In this document: positions 19,833 to 29,836 of the stretch, one piece after another | Layout: the number at the start of each line of letters is the position of its first letter | How positions within the stretch are numbered: position 1 is the first letter of the stretch | Assembly: GCA_965277285.1 (NCBI GenBank) | Contig: OZ255721.1 | Span: 2,560,001-2,624,000, forward strand | Length of the DNA stretch: 64,000 nucleotides | Direction: 5' to 3' | DNA from: Abditibacteriaceae bacterium | Lineage (GTDB): Bacteria > Armatimonadota > Abditibacteriia > Abditibacteriales > Abditibacteriaceae | Notes under the pieces: generated by a model | The model's input: the letters and a program-made list of their open reading frames with translations, nothing else | What the model was told of the DNA's origin: nothing | Database searches by the model: none | Made by a program: the position numbers and the translations under genes

Positions 19833-20620
19833 GCACTCTCGACTGTGCCGCGCACACCACGCGCGAAATCAATAGTTGGCTAAAATCGGCGGCGCGCGGC
19901 GTGGCGCAATATCGTGACACGATGCAAATTGGAGAAGCGACCAGCGATGCACATTTGGCGGACGATGACATGTCAAATTCGCACTCCAGCGAAGCCGATG
20001 TCGTGTTGCTCAACCCCGATAGTCGTCACAACCTTGCAGTCGGCTTGATAACGCCATTGCGCGTTCGCATCGAAGGCCCAGTCGGTTATTATTGCGCGGG
20101 ACTTTGCGATGGCGTGGATGTGCGCATCAGCGGCGGCGCCGGTTGGGGATTGGCGGAAAACCTGATGGGCGGCAGAGTTTGGCTGCGCGATTCGGCAGGC
20201 AGTTCCGCTGGCGCGACGATGCGCGGCGGCGAACTGTTAGTCGGTGGTGATGCCGGTGCGCGTTGCGCGGTCGCCATGAAGGGCGGAACTCTGGTCGTCG
20301 GCGGCGATGTCGGCATTATGACGGGCTTTATGATGCAAAAAGGCGTGCTGATCGTCGGCGGCGACGCCGGAGAAGCGCTCGGCGATTCGCTCTATGAAGG
20401 CAAAATTTATGTGCGCGGCACTATCGAAAGTTTGGGCAGCGACGCGCACATCGTCGAAATGATGGAAGACGACGCGCAAATGCTCAGTCGAGTACTCGAA
20501 GGCTGCGAAATATCGTCTTTAAGCGGCGCGAAGCCAGGTGACTTCAAGAAAGTCGAATCGGCCAAGCGCCTTTACAATTTCAACACTAAGGAAAAGGAGA
20601 TTTGGAAAAGCGCGCTGTGA
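19817..20620 (+). CDS. GXGXG-domain protein (GlxC / N-methylglutamate synthase subunit B-like)
   Basis: GYYCAG, AGWGLAENLMGG, GEALGDSLYEG and SAKRLYNF motifs. Confidence 0.9.
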   Translation: MGAGLSTLDCAAHTTREINSWLKSAARGVAQYRDTMQIGEATSDAHLADDDMSNSHSSEADVVLLNPDSRHNLAVGLITPLRVRIEGPVGYYCAGLCDGVDVRISGGAGWGLAENLMGGRVWLRDSAGSSAGATMRGGELLVGGDAGARCAVAMKGGTLVVGGDVGIMTGFMMQKGVLIVGGDAGEALGDSLYEGKIYVRGTIESLGSDAHIVEMMEDDAQMLSRVLEGCEISSLSGAKPGDFKKVESAKRLYNFNTKEKEIWKSAL

Positions 20621-20674
20621 TTGGCGGCGCCCTATCATTCAGCGACTTCGTGGCGCAGAAGTTACTGGCTCTTT

Positions 20675-20759
20675 GTAAGGACATGGCTTGCCATATCCGA
20701 TGCTGCGATTTTCAATGCGTGAATTGGTACGATGCAGACATGGCAAGCCATGTCCCTAC
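20675..20759. repeat. GTAG-type REP inverted pair
   Basis: GTAAGGACATGGCTTGCCATATCC ... GACATGGCAAGCCATGTCCCTAC. Confidence 0.65.
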
Positions 20760-20896
20760 GCAAATTGCGCAACAACCCGTTCCTCGCACAATCGAGTACT
20801 CGAAAGAGTAATTCGACTTGCAAAAAATAGTCTACGCCGGACGCTCGCCACCACCTCTGGAAAAGTTGAAGCGAGCGCCGGAGCAGGAGGTACATT

Positions 20897-22378
20897 ATGA
20901 ATGTTCCCGAATCGTCTGCCAACGACAAGGAATTGTGGATTAACGATCCCGACCGCGAAGTCGAGCGCACTGGCACGCTCGAAGGCCACGCGCTGGAGCG
21001 TCACGTCACTTGGAAATCGGCGGCTGTGATCTCGATGGGCGGCTCGATTTTAGTCGCCGTTTCATTGGGTTCGATGGCCGCCGACCTGGGCGCCGCTTCG
21101 GTGTTCGTGTGGACTTTCACCGGTATTTTGGGCGTGTTGCAATGCCTGCTAATCGCGGAAATGGCCGGTATGTTCCCGCACAAAAGCGGCGGCACCGCGA
21201 CTTATACACACGAAGCGTTCAAGCACAAGTCGCCGCTTCCGGGCGCGATTTCCAACTGGGGCTACTGGCTGGGCTGGATTCCCGTCATTCCGGTCAATCT
21301 CGTCCTCATCGCCGGTTATCTCAAAGGCACGATTATGCCGGGCGCCAATACTTTGGTCGTGGCGATCGTGCTGGCGATGGTGCTTTACACCATCAACTAT
21401 TTTGGACTCAAGCCCGGCCTGTGGTCGAGCATTGTGATGGCGGTTTGCGCGATGGGGCCGCTGGCTGTGATCGCGCTGTCGCCGATTTTTCGACAGTCGC
21501 TGTTTCATGCGGCTTACGTATTTCCGATGAAGCCGCTCAACGGTTCGTGGTCGAGTGGCACATCGTGGCTGCTCATCTTCAAGTGGATGTTTATCGCGGT
21601 CTGGTCGAGCTACGCCTTTGAATCGGCTTCGAGCGTGATGGCAGAACTGAAAGACCCGACCAAAGAAGGCCCCAAAGCGATGATCGCAGCGAGCGTGGTT
21701 GGCATGTTCGCTTATGGTGCCGTGCCGTTCATGTTGCTGGCGATGGTCGGCGTCGAAGTGTTATCGAAAGACCCAAGCGTCGCGTTCTTGCCCGCCGCGA
21801 CCGCGATTTTCGGAAAAACTGGCGCCTCCATCGTCGTCGTTATGCTGATTGCGGCTTTGCTGCTGGGTTCGCAAACCGCGATTATCGGTTCGTCGCGCAC
21901 GGTTTACGAAATGAGCCGCGACGGATTGACACTCAAGCAGTTCGGGCATTTGAACAAGTTCGGCGTGCCCGATAAAGGCATGCTGTGGGATTGCAGCATC
22001 ACGCTGTTGATGTTGCTGGTGTTCAAGGACAACGTCATTAACATGGTCAGCGCGTCCGCCGTTGGCTACCTGATGGTGTGGATGTTGTTGCCGCTGTCGT
22101 TTATGCTGCTGCGCAAAAATCAGCCGGACACGCCGCGACCGTTCAAGCTGCCAGGGATTTTTATGGGCATCGCGATGTTCTCGCTGATTTACAACTGGAT
22201 TTTGTTCTTCGTCGGTGGTTTCCAGTGGGGCGGCTTCGATTTCAAGCAGCCGTTCATGGTCGGCTTCATCATCATGGCGACCTTCATCCCGTTCTACCTG
22301 TTCCGCAAAAAAGTGCAGGATAAAGCGCCTGCGCGCGTCGTCACGCCTCTACCCGATGGCGCGGCGGAAGCGGCCTAA
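20897..22378 (+). CDS. APC-family amino acid/amine permease
   Basis: About 12 hydrophobic segments; AEMAGMFPHKSGG motif; AGGAGG ribosome-binding site. Confidence 0.9.
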   Translation: MNVPESSANDKELWINDPDREVERTGTLEGHALERHVTWKSAAVISMGGSILVAVSLGSMAADLGAASVFVWTFTGILGVLQCLLIAEMAGMFPHKSGGTATYTHEAFKHKSPLPGAISNWGYWLGWIPVIPVNLVLIAGYLKGTIMPGANTLVVAIVLAMVLYTINYFGLKPGLWSSIVMAVCAMGPLAVIALSPIFRQSLFHAAYVFPMKPLNGSWSSGTSWLLIFKWMFIAVWSSYAFESASSVMAELKDPTKEGPKAMIAASVVGMFAYGAVPFMLLAMVGVEVLSKDPSVAFLPAATAIFGKTGASIVVVMLIAALLLGSQTAIIGSSRTVYEMSRDGLTLKQFGHLNKFGVPDKGMLWDCSITLLMLLVFKDNVINMVSASAVGYLMVWMLLPLSFMLLRKNQPDTPRPFKLPGIFMGIAMFSLIYNWILFFVGGFQWGGFDFKQPFMVGFIIMATFIPFYLFRKKVQDKAPARVVTPLPDGAAEAA

Positions 22379-22414
22379 TCGAGTACTCGAATCGCAACGT
22401 GCGGGCATTGAAAT

Positions 22415-22442
22415 GTACGGGCGAGGCATGCCTCGCCCGTAC
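22415..22442. repeat. GTAG-type REP palindrome
   Basis: GTACGGGCGAGGCATGCCTCGCCCGTAC; related palindromes at 28213-28240, 42387-42410 and 45840-45867. Confidence 0.75.
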
Positions 22443-22474
22443 GACGCACCTCCTGACAAAACTCACATTTTCAA

Positions 22475-23836
22475 ATGTTGCGCTACTTCCCTTTTGAACA
22501 CGACGAATACGACATGCCGATGAATGCGCGCCCCGAATATGGGCCGCTCATCGAAGTCGGTGACCTGGACGAATATCGCCGCGAACTGAAGCTGAAAGAC
22601 GACATTCTCGCCGACAATTACGATTATTATTTTAAATGTCCGCCCGACGCCGAACCTTTGGCGTGGGACACTATCGCACTGCTTTTGCCCGACATGGCGA
22701 AGCATTATCCCGAACATTTTTCGCTGGACATCAACGGCGATGGTTGGACTTGGACGAATCGAGTACTCGATACAACGACCAAGTTCATTTACGGAGACGC
22801 GACGACGTTGCCTTTGCCGCCGCTCGATTGGATGGGGCGACAAGTGCAGGAAGATTTGACTTTGATGGCGATGAATTCGGACGCTTCTGAAGGCGAAACC
22901 TATTTCGCGGGCGGACATTTATGTTTTCCGGCTTCGTGGTGTCTGGAAGACAAAATGGGTCAAAGTTTCATGCGCATCCACGAAAACATTCCGGGTTTCA
23001 TGGAGCGCATCGGCCATCCTGCGATGATGATGATGCGCCGCCTGAAACCCGAACGCCCGACGGGAAGGCTGAACTGGACAGTCGCCGTGACGAATCGCTT
23101 GAACCTCTCACCCGCGACTTACGACCAATGGGTTTTCAATCGCCGCGAAATCACGGCGCAAAATGCCGGTGAACGCTGTTTTCTGCGCATTGAGCGCCAA
23201 ACCTTCGCGCGGCTGCCCAAAACCAACGGCCTTTTATTTACGATTCGCACTTACATCAACCCGATTAGCGAAGTCGTGGACGATCCGCAACGTTTGCGAC
23301 GTTTCACGGCGGTCGTCAAAGGTATTCCGCGACCGACGCGCGAATACAAAGGCATGGCGCATTTCGCCGATAAGCTGGTCGATTACCTGGAAACGCGCAT
23401 TCGCACTGAAAACAAAGCGCCGAAAAGCACCGTGCCTGGCGTGCGCAACCCGCCGATGTTAGATCACAAAACGGAGCCTGTGATGGGAAATATCTGCCTT
23501 TCGAGTACTCGAACAACGCTGTGGGAACCGATGCCGATTGACGAACCGGACTTGATCGAAGGCGACCCGACGCCGCGCGTCCATTGGCTGCGCAAAAACG
23601 AAAAAAACGAGCCGACGTATCTGGCCGGTTTGTGGTGGGTCAAGCCCGCGACTTTCAAATGGTTATTCTTCGGGCACGAAACCTTTCATGTTTTAGAAGG
23701 CCACGCTACCATTACAATTGATGACGGAACCAGCGTCGAAGTCAAAGCGGGAGACATCATTTCGTTTGCGATGAACACGCCATCGGTGTGGGAAGTTCAC
23801 GAAACACTGAAGAAAATGTTTGTAATTACAATGTGA
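22475..23836 (+). CDS. DUF3445 (heme-dependent oxidative N-demethylase alpha-like) fused to a C-terminal cupin (DUF861-like)
   Basis: GRQVQEDL, FPASWCLEDKMG, RLNW, LRIERQT and FTIRTY motifs; cupin ETFHVLEG..AGD. Confidence 0.85.
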   Translation: MLRYFPFEHDEYDMPMNARPEYGPLIEVGDLDEYRRELKLKDDILADNYDYYFKCPPDAEPLAWDTIALLLPDMAKHYPEHFSLDINGDGWTWTNRVLDTTTKFIYGDATTLPLPPLDWMGRQVQEDLTLMAMNSDASEGETYFAGGHLCFPASWCLEDKMGQSFMRIHENIPGFMERIGHPAMMMMRRLKPERPTGRLNWTVAVTNRLNLSPATYDQWVFNRREITAQNAGERCFLRIERQTFARLPKTNGLLFTIRTYINPISEVVDDPQRLRRFTAVVKGIPRPTREYKGMAHFADKLVDYLETRIRTENKAPKSTVPGVRNPPMLDHKTEPVMGNICLSSTRTTLWEPMPIDEPDLIEGDPTPRVHWLRKNEKNEPTYLAGLWWVKPATFKWLFFGHETFHVLEGHATITIDDGTSVEVKAGDIISFAMNTPSVWEVHETLKKMFVITM

Positions 23837-23857
23837 TATGCGAATAGTTCTCTGGTA

Positions 23858-23927
23858 CGAACCCGAAGCGTAAGCGACGGGTCTTCTACGGCGTTGCAGA
23901 AGATCCGTCGCTTACGCTTCGGGTTCG
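23858..23927. repeat. REP family A inverted pair
   Basis: CGAACCCGAAGCGTAAGCGACGG ... CCGTCGCTTACGCTTCGGGTTCG. Confidence 0.85.
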
Positions 23928-23972
23928 TGAATCTGACTCACTTCATCGCTCTACTACAAAAAGGAACACGCA

Positions 23973-24845
23973 ATGCCAGATAACACCCAAGCCGCGATGA
24001 TGGAAAGCGCCGCGCCACATTTATCAAGCGCAACAAACGTTGATGGAGATCAAGGAGTTGTCGGCGCGTTGTGGCGTTATCCCGTTAAAAGCATGATGGG
24101 CGAAGAACTTAACGTCACGAGCGTCACAGAAAAAGGCATTTTAGGTGACCGCGCTTACGCCTTGAAAGATGCGCAGGACGGCAAAATTGTCAGCGCCAAA
24201 AACCCGCGCAAATGGCCGGATATGTTTTCGTTTCGCGCCATGTTCGAGTCGCCACCCAACGGAACGATGCCGCCTGTTCTCATCACTTTGCCAGACGGAA
24301 CGCAAATATCGAGTACTCGAAGCGACTTGAACGACGTTTTATCAGGAGGGTTCGGGCGCGCCGTGACTTTTGAAACCGTTCCGCCCGAACATCCTGAACT
24401 CGAAGAATATTGGCCAGACGGCATCGAAGGCTTGCCGCATAACGACTTTGTAACTGACGAAGGCACTTTAAGCAACACGTTTTTTGATCTTTCGACGATT
24501 CATATTCTGACGACTTCAACTCTGGAAAAATTGCGCGAATTGTATCCGCAAGGTCGCTTTGAAGTGCGCCGATTTCGCCCCAATATCGTGGTCAATACGA
24601 CAGAAAAAGGCTTTGTCGAAAACGCTTGGATAGGCAAAACCGTTTCGATTGGCGACGTGGTTTTTGAAATCACCGGCCGGTGTCCGCGCTGCGTTATGAC
24701 GACAGTTCCGCAATATGATTTGCCCAAAGACAGCGGCATTTTGCGCGCGGCGGTGCAACACAACGAAGGTGGCGTCGGCGTTTACGCCAAGGTTCTGCAA
24801 GGCGGAACGATTCGGCGCGGCGACAAAGTAACGTTGAAGAATTGA
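23973..24845 (+). CDS. MOSC domain protein
   Basis: WRYPVKSMMGE, GDR, RFRPNIV and CPRC motifs. Confidence 0.92.
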   Translation: MPDNTQAAMMESAAPHLSSATNVDGDQGVVGALWRYPVKSMMGEELNVTSVTEKGILGDRAYALKDAQDGKIVSAKNPRKWPDMFSFRAMFESPPNGTMPPVLITLPDGTQISSTRSDLNDVLSGGFGRAVTFETVPPEHPELEEYWPDGIEGLPHNDFVTDEGTLSNTFFDLSTIHILTTSTLEKLRELYPQGRFEVRRFRPNIVVNTTEKGFVENAWIGKTVSIGDVVFEITGRCPRCVMTTVPQYDLPKDSGILRAAVQHNEGGVGVYAKVLQGGTIRRGDKVTLKN

Positions 24846-24848
24846 ACC

Positions 24849-24923
24849 AACAGAACCCCAAGCGTAAGCGCGGGGCTGACATTCCATTTACATCAGCCCC
24901 GCGCTTACGCTTGGGGTTCTGTT
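24849..24923. repeat. REP family A variant inverted pair
   Basis: AACAGAACCCCAAGCGTAAGCGCGGGGCTGA ... TCAGCCCCGCGCTTACGCTTGGGGTTCTGTT. Confidence 0.85.
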
Positions 24924-24977
24924 TACCAACTGCAACTCTCGAGTACTCGATTCTTAAACGTATATAAAGGAAACATC

Positions 24978-26396
24978 ATGCCGATAAACGACCGCGAGCC
25001 GTCCCGCATTTGGGATCGCGGCAGCATCAACGATATTCAGGAAAAAGCACGACTGGGACGCTACCGCATTCGCGCTTTTTCGACCGCGCGCCAGTTGCCG
25101 ACACTGGAAGACCTGACGTTTATTCCCGCCGGATTAACGCGCGTGCCACTCGAAGGCTACCGCGAAACCTGTTCGACGCGCATCACGTTGGGAACGCGCT
25201 ACGCGTCCAAGCCGCTAATTTTGGAAACGCCGATCACGATTTCCGGCATGAGTTATGGCGCGCTTTCTCGCAACGCTAAAGAAGCCTTGGGATTGGGCGC
25301 CACGCGCGCCGGAACTTCCACTTGTACGGGCGATGGCGGAATGCATCCGGTTGACCGCGAGTACTCGAAAACGCTGGTTTATCAATGTTTGCCCAGTCGC
25401 TACGGCTTTAATCCGCATGACGTGATGCGCGCCGACGCCATTGAAATCGTCGTCAGCCAGGGCGCGAAACCTGGCACTGGCGGCTTGTTATTGGGACAAA
25501 AAGTGTCGCACGAAATCGCCGCCATGCGCGATTTGCCGGACGGCGTTGACCAACGTTCGCCGTGTCGTCACCCCGATTGGATGGGGCCGGAAGATTTGGC
25601 GATCAAAATCGAAGAACTACGAGAAGCGACCAACTGGGAAAAGCCGATTTACGTCAAAATCGGTGCGGCGCGCGTTTACGAAGACGTGAAACTGGCCGCC
25701 AAAGCCGGCGCCGATTGCGTCATGGTCGATGGCATGGAAGGCGGAACCGCCGCTTCACCCGATGTCTTGCTCGATCATACCGGCATTCCAACGCTGGGCG
25801 CGATTTGCGAAGCGGTGCGCGCCCTGGAAGATTTGAAACTGACCGGCGAAGTGCAACTGATTGTTGCGGGCGGCATCAAAAGCGGCGTTGATGCGGCGAA
25901 AGCTCTCGCGCTGGGCGCTGATGCCGTAGCGATTGGAACCGCCGCGATTATCGCGCTGAATTGCAATGCGCCGATTTATCTCGAGGACTACAAAAAAATG
26001 GGTACGCAGGCTGGAAGTTGTCACCATTGCCATACGGGACGTTGTCCGGTCGGCGTGGCGACGCAAGACCCTGAATTGATGGCGCGCCTTCCCGTCGAAG
26101 AAGCCGCCGAACGCGTCGAGAACTTCTTGCACGCGATGACCTTGGAAATGCAAATTATGGCGCGCGCCTGTGGCAAAAGCCACGTCCAAAACCTCGACCG
26201 CGACGACTTGCGCGCCCTGACTTTGGAATCAGCTTTGATTACCGGCTTGCCCATCGCGGGAATGCGCGCGCCGATTCAATCGAGTACTCTTCTGCCGCTG
26301 CTGGACGCAACTTACGCCAATTCGTCGTATGCCGATGTGCGCGAAGACTTGCCGGATGCGGTTCAATCGGTCGGCACCAACGGCGGTGTCGCATGA
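24978..26396 (+). CDS. FMN-binding glutamate-synthase-like subunit (GlxD / N-methylglutamate synthase subunit C-like)
   Basis: SGMSYGALS, QGAKPGTGG, DQRSPCRHPDW and CHHCHTGRCPVGVATQD motifs. Confidence 0.92.
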   Translation: MPINDREPSRIWDRGSINDIQEKARLGRYRIRAFSTARQLPTLEDLTFIPAGLTRVPLEGYRETCSTRITLGTRYASKPLILETPITISGMSYGALSRNAKEALGLGATRAGTSTCTGDGGMHPVDREYSKTLVYQCLPSRYGFNPHDVMRADAIEIVVSQGAKPGTGGLLLGQKVSHEIAAMRDLPDGVDQRSPCRHPDWMGPEDLAIKIEELREATNWEKPIYVKIGAARVYEDVKLAAKAGADCVMVDGMEGGTAASPDVLLDHTGIPTLGAICEAVRALEDLKLTGEVQLIVAGGIKSGVDAAKALALGADAVAIGTAAIIALNCNAPIYLEDYKKMGTQAGSCHHCHTGRCPVGVATQDPELMARLPVEEAAERVENFLHAMTLEMQIMARACGKSHVQNLDRDDLRALTLESALITGLPIAGMRAPIQSSTLLPLLDATYANSSYADVREDLPDAVQSVGTNGGVA

Positions 26397-27595
26397 CAGA
26401 TGACGTCAAAACGTGCGATGTCTTTATCGTCGGCGGCGGCTTGATGGGCTGCGCCACGGCGAACGAACTCTCTTCTCGCGGCGCGAAAGTTGTCGTAGCT
26501 GAAAAAAACAGCGCGCCCGGAACCGAAACCACCGCGCGCAGCGGCGCCATCATTCGCGCGCATTATGGCGTACCGGAATTGGTTTCGCTGTCATTAGAAG
26601 CCAACAAACGCTACGCGAATTTTCAGAAAAAGACAGGCTGCGATGTCGGCTGGACGAATTGTGGCTACGCAGTTTTGGTGGACGAAAACGATGTTCGAGT
26701 ACTCGAAACGAACGTGGCGATGCACAAAAGTCTGGGCGTCAACGTGCAACTTTTGCCGCCGCGCGAAATCAAGGAGATGGCGACCGCTTTGCGCACGCAC
26801 GACGCGGCTCTGGCCTGTTACGAACCCGACGGCGGCTACGCCAATCCCGCGCAAACTGTCGCAGCATTTTCGCAAATGGCGATTGAAAACGGCGCCACAT
26901 TCTGCTTCAACGCGCCCGTCATTTGCGCGCAACATACCGGCGACGGCTGGCAAGTTTCGCTGGGCAATGGTGACACGATTTCAACTCCACAAGTTGTGCT
27001 TTGTACCGGCAATTGGTCGCAACCTGTCGGGCACATGTTCGGTTTACATTTGCCCGTCGTGCCCGTCCGCGCTCAAATCGTGGTGATGGAACGACCTCTC
27101 AGTTTCCTCGGTTCGTTTCCCGTCATTTCCGACTTAATTAACCTCGCATATTTCCGCGAAGACGGCGATGGCGGAATGTGGGTCGGCTCGTCCGATATGT
27201 GCGATTTGAGCGAGCAATTGCCGACGCCCGAAAACTACAACGAGCAAGCTGACATGAACGCGATGGAAGCCGCGCGCCGCAAAACCGCCGCGCGTTTCAA
27301 AGGCTTCGATGCGTCTGATAAAGGCGGCATTGAGCGCGCATTTTGCGGACTTTACGAAACGACACCCGACTGGCAGCCGATTATTGACACCTTCGACAAC
27401 GTTCATGTCGCGGTTGGCTTTTCGGGTCACGGTTTCAAATTGGCGCCCGTTGTCGGCGAAGAAATGGCGCATCGCGCACTGAAAACCCTTTCGCCCTTCG
27501 CCAAAGAAACGGCGATTTTCGACTTGGCGCGCTTCAAGGAAAACCGCCCGATCAAGTCGCAGCACGTTTATCAGCGCGCCAAGTTCTTGAGATGA
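26393..27595 (+). CDS. FAD-dependent oxidoreductase, sarcosine oxidase beta/DAO family
   Basis: IVGGGLMG, TTPDWQP and GFSGHGFKLAP motifs. Confidence 0.9.
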   Translation: MTDDVKTCDVFIVGGGLMGCATANELSSRGAKVVVAEKNSAPGTETTARSGAIIRAHYGVPELVSLSLEANKRYANFQKKTGCDVGWTNCGYAVLVDENDVRVLETNVAMHKSLGVNVQLLPPREIKEMATALRTHDAALACYEPDGGYANPAQTVAAFSQMAIENGATFCFNAPVICAQHTGDGWQVSLGNGDTISTPQVVLCTGNWSQPVGHMFGLHLPVVPVRAQIVVMERPLSFLGSFPVISDLINLAYFREDGDGGMWVGSSDMCDLSEQLPTPENYNEQADMNAMEAARRKTAARFKGFDASDKGGIERAFCGLYETTPDWQPIIDTFDNVHVAVGFSGHGFKLAPVVGEEMAHRALKTLSPFAKETAIFDLARFKENRPIKSQHVYQRAKFLR

Positions 27596-27601
27596 AAAGG
27601 G

Positions 27602-27718
27602 GAACACGGATTTCATACATAGATGAACACGGAATCAAAAGAAGAAATCTCAAGTACGCGATCGAATCTTTCTCTGCTCCGTGAAAACCCGTTTAATCCG
27701 TGTATGAAATCCGTGTCC
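27602..27718. repeat. CACGGAT...ATCCGTG-family inverted repeat
   Basis: ACACGGATTTCATACA ... TGTATGAAATCCGTGT. Confidence 0.7.
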
Positions 27719-27735
27719 TATTTTTCTTCAAATTT

Positions 27736-28194
27736 ATGAACCAAGTCCTCATCCGCGCCGCCGAATCGAAAGACATTCCCGCTTTAATCGAGTTGTTGCG
27801 CGTTTTGTTTTCGATTGAAGCTGATTTTAGTTTCGATGAAGAAAAGCAACGGCGCGGCTTGGAACTAATGCTCGAAGATGTGCGAGAACGTTGCGTTTTC
27901 GTGGCGCAGATCGACCATCAAGTCGTTGGAATGTGCAGTGTTCAAACCTTGATTTCCACCGCGCAAGGCGCGCCTAAAGGCTGGATCGAAGATGTCTGTG
28001 TGAACGAAAAATCTCGCGGCTGTGGCATCGGAAAAATGCTGCTAAAAGCGGTTGACAATTGGTGTCTGGAGCGCGGCATGCGGCGCTTGCAGATTTTGTG
28101 CGACACGCAAAACGAACCTGCAATGAAATTCTACCAACACCTTGGCTGGCAAGCGACGCAATTGCAATGTCTGGTTCGCTTTGCCGATGAGTAA
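27736..28194 (+). CDS. GNAT N-acetyltransferase
   Basis: VNEKSRGCGIGKMLL and NEPAMKFY motifs. Confidence 0.88.
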   Translation: MNQVLIRAAESKDIPALIELLRVLFSIEADFSFDEEKQRRGLELMLEDVRERCVFVAQIDHQVVGMCSVQTLISTAQGAPKGWIEDVCVNEKSRGCGIGKMLLKAVDNWCLERGMRRLQILCDTQNEPAMKFYQHLGWQATQLQCLVRFADE

Positions 28195-28292
28195 TCTCTT
28201 CGTAGTGACAATGTAAGGGCGCAGCATGCTGCGCCCTTACGGAAAACAAAAATTTAATACATCGAGTACTCGATTGTCAGAAAAGGATTTTT

Positions 28293-29642
28293 ATGTTGAA
28301 CGTTGAAGAAACTCAAAAGTTATTCGAGGAAAAAGGCATCAAGTTTTTCCTGATGTCCTTTGTCGATTTGAACGGCGTGCCACGCGCCAAACTGGTTCCC
28401 GCGCAATGCTTGGCCGATGTCGCGGAAGGCGCCGCGGGGTTTGCCGGTTTCGCGGTCGATGGTTTGGGGCAAGGGCCGCACGATCCCGATTTGTCGTGCG
28501 TGCCGCGCGCCGATTCCAGCGTTTTCCCGCTTCCCTGGAAGCCAGGCTTGGCGTGGATCGCGGGCAATTTGCAAATGGATGGCGACAACTGGGAATATTG
28601 TGCGCGCAGCATTTTGTCGAAAAACCTGGACGTCGCCAAGGCGCAAGGCTTTACTTTTATGCTGGGCATTGAACCGGAGTTTTTCCTGCTCGACAAGAAA
28701 GCGGACGGCACACCATGTATCGCCGACCCGCAAGATACTTTGGCCAAGCCGTGTTACGGGCAATTATCGCTGTTGCGCAACGCCGATTTTTTGATGAAGT
28801 TGATGACGTATTGCAACGAATTGGGTTATGGCGTTTATCAAAACGATCACGAAGATGCCAACGGGCAGTTTGAAGTGAACTGGCGTTTTTCGGACGCGCT
28901 AACGACGTGCGATCAGGTCTCGTTTTTCAAGTTTATGACCAAGGCTTTGGCCGAAGAACGCGGCTTGCACGCGACGTTTATGCCCAAGCCGTTCGCCGAT
29001 CTGACAGGCAACGGCGCGCATATGCACACGTCGCTGTGGGACGCTGAAGGCCGCGACAACTTGTTCCTGGACAAGAACGATGCACGCGGTTTGTCGGGTC
29101 TGGCGTATGCCTTTATCGGCGGCGTGCTGCATCATGCCAAAGCGTTGTGCGCGCTGACGGCTCCCAGTGTCAATTCTTATAAACGATTGGGCGCGCGCAG
29201 TCCGCGTTCAGGCGCGACGTGGGCGCCGGTTTACATCGCGCACGGCGGCAACAATCGCACCCTGATGGTTCGCATTCCCGCGCCCGGTCGCATCGAATAC
29301 CGTACGGCGGATGGTTCGTCGAACCCTTATCTGGCGTCCGCTGCGCTTTTGGCGGCAGGCTTGGATGGTATCGCGCGCGGCCTCAAAGTGGGCGAAGGTT
29401 ACGACGAAAACTTATTTCTGCTGTCAACTGGTGAAGCCCAATCGCGCGGCATCGAACTGGTGCCAGCAAATTTGGGCGAAGCGTTGGATGAACTGGAGCG
29501 CGACGAAGTTTTGTGCAACGCGTTGGGAATCGAGTACTCGAAGATGTATCTGGAAACCAAGCGCGCGGAATGGGACGAATATTCCACCATGACGGCGAAA
29601 AACGTCACGCCATGGGAATTGCAAAAATATCTGATGCTGTAA
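28293..29642 (+). CDS. glnT: GlnT-type glutamate-ammonia ligase, probable gamma-glutamylmethylamide synthetase (GmaS)
   Basis: RAKLVPA, AGFAGFA, KPCY, YQNDHEDANGQFEVN and SGATWAP motifs; clustered with glxBCD-like genes. Confidence 0.88.
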   Translation: MLNVEETQKLFEEKGIKFFLMSFVDLNGVPRAKLVPAQCLADVAEGAAGFAGFAVDGLGQGPHDPDLSCVPRADSSVFPLPWKPGLAWIAGNLQMDGDNWEYCARSILSKNLDVAKAQGFTFMLGIEPEFFLLDKKADGTPCIADPQDTLAKPCYGQLSLLRNADFLMKLMTYCNELGYGVYQNDHEDANGQFEVNWRFSDALTTCDQVSFFKFMTKALAEERGLHATFMPKPFADLTGNGAHMHTSLWDAEGRDNLFLDKNDARGLSGLAYAFIGGVLHHAKALCALTAPSVNSYKRLGARSPRSGATWAPVYIAHGGNNRTLMVRIPAPGRIEYRTADGSSNPYLASAALLAAGLDGIARGLKVGEGYDENLFLLSTGEAQSRGIELVPANLGEALDELERDEVLCNALGIEYSKMYLETKRAEWDEYSTMTAKNVTPWELQKYLML

Positions 29643-29836
29643 AGCCCCGCTTCGCTTCTTTTATTATTGTTGAGCAAACCGATCTATGTTTCTTAAAATC
29701 AGTCTGCCAAACGCCACAAAATTGAGAGTTTGTCATTCTGAGCAAGACAAACTCTCAGTTTTATGGCGTTTCGTCCAAGTTCTCTCTGTCTTCTCTGAAC
29801 GACAAACTCTCAATTTTCGGATTCTTGAAATAGCTT

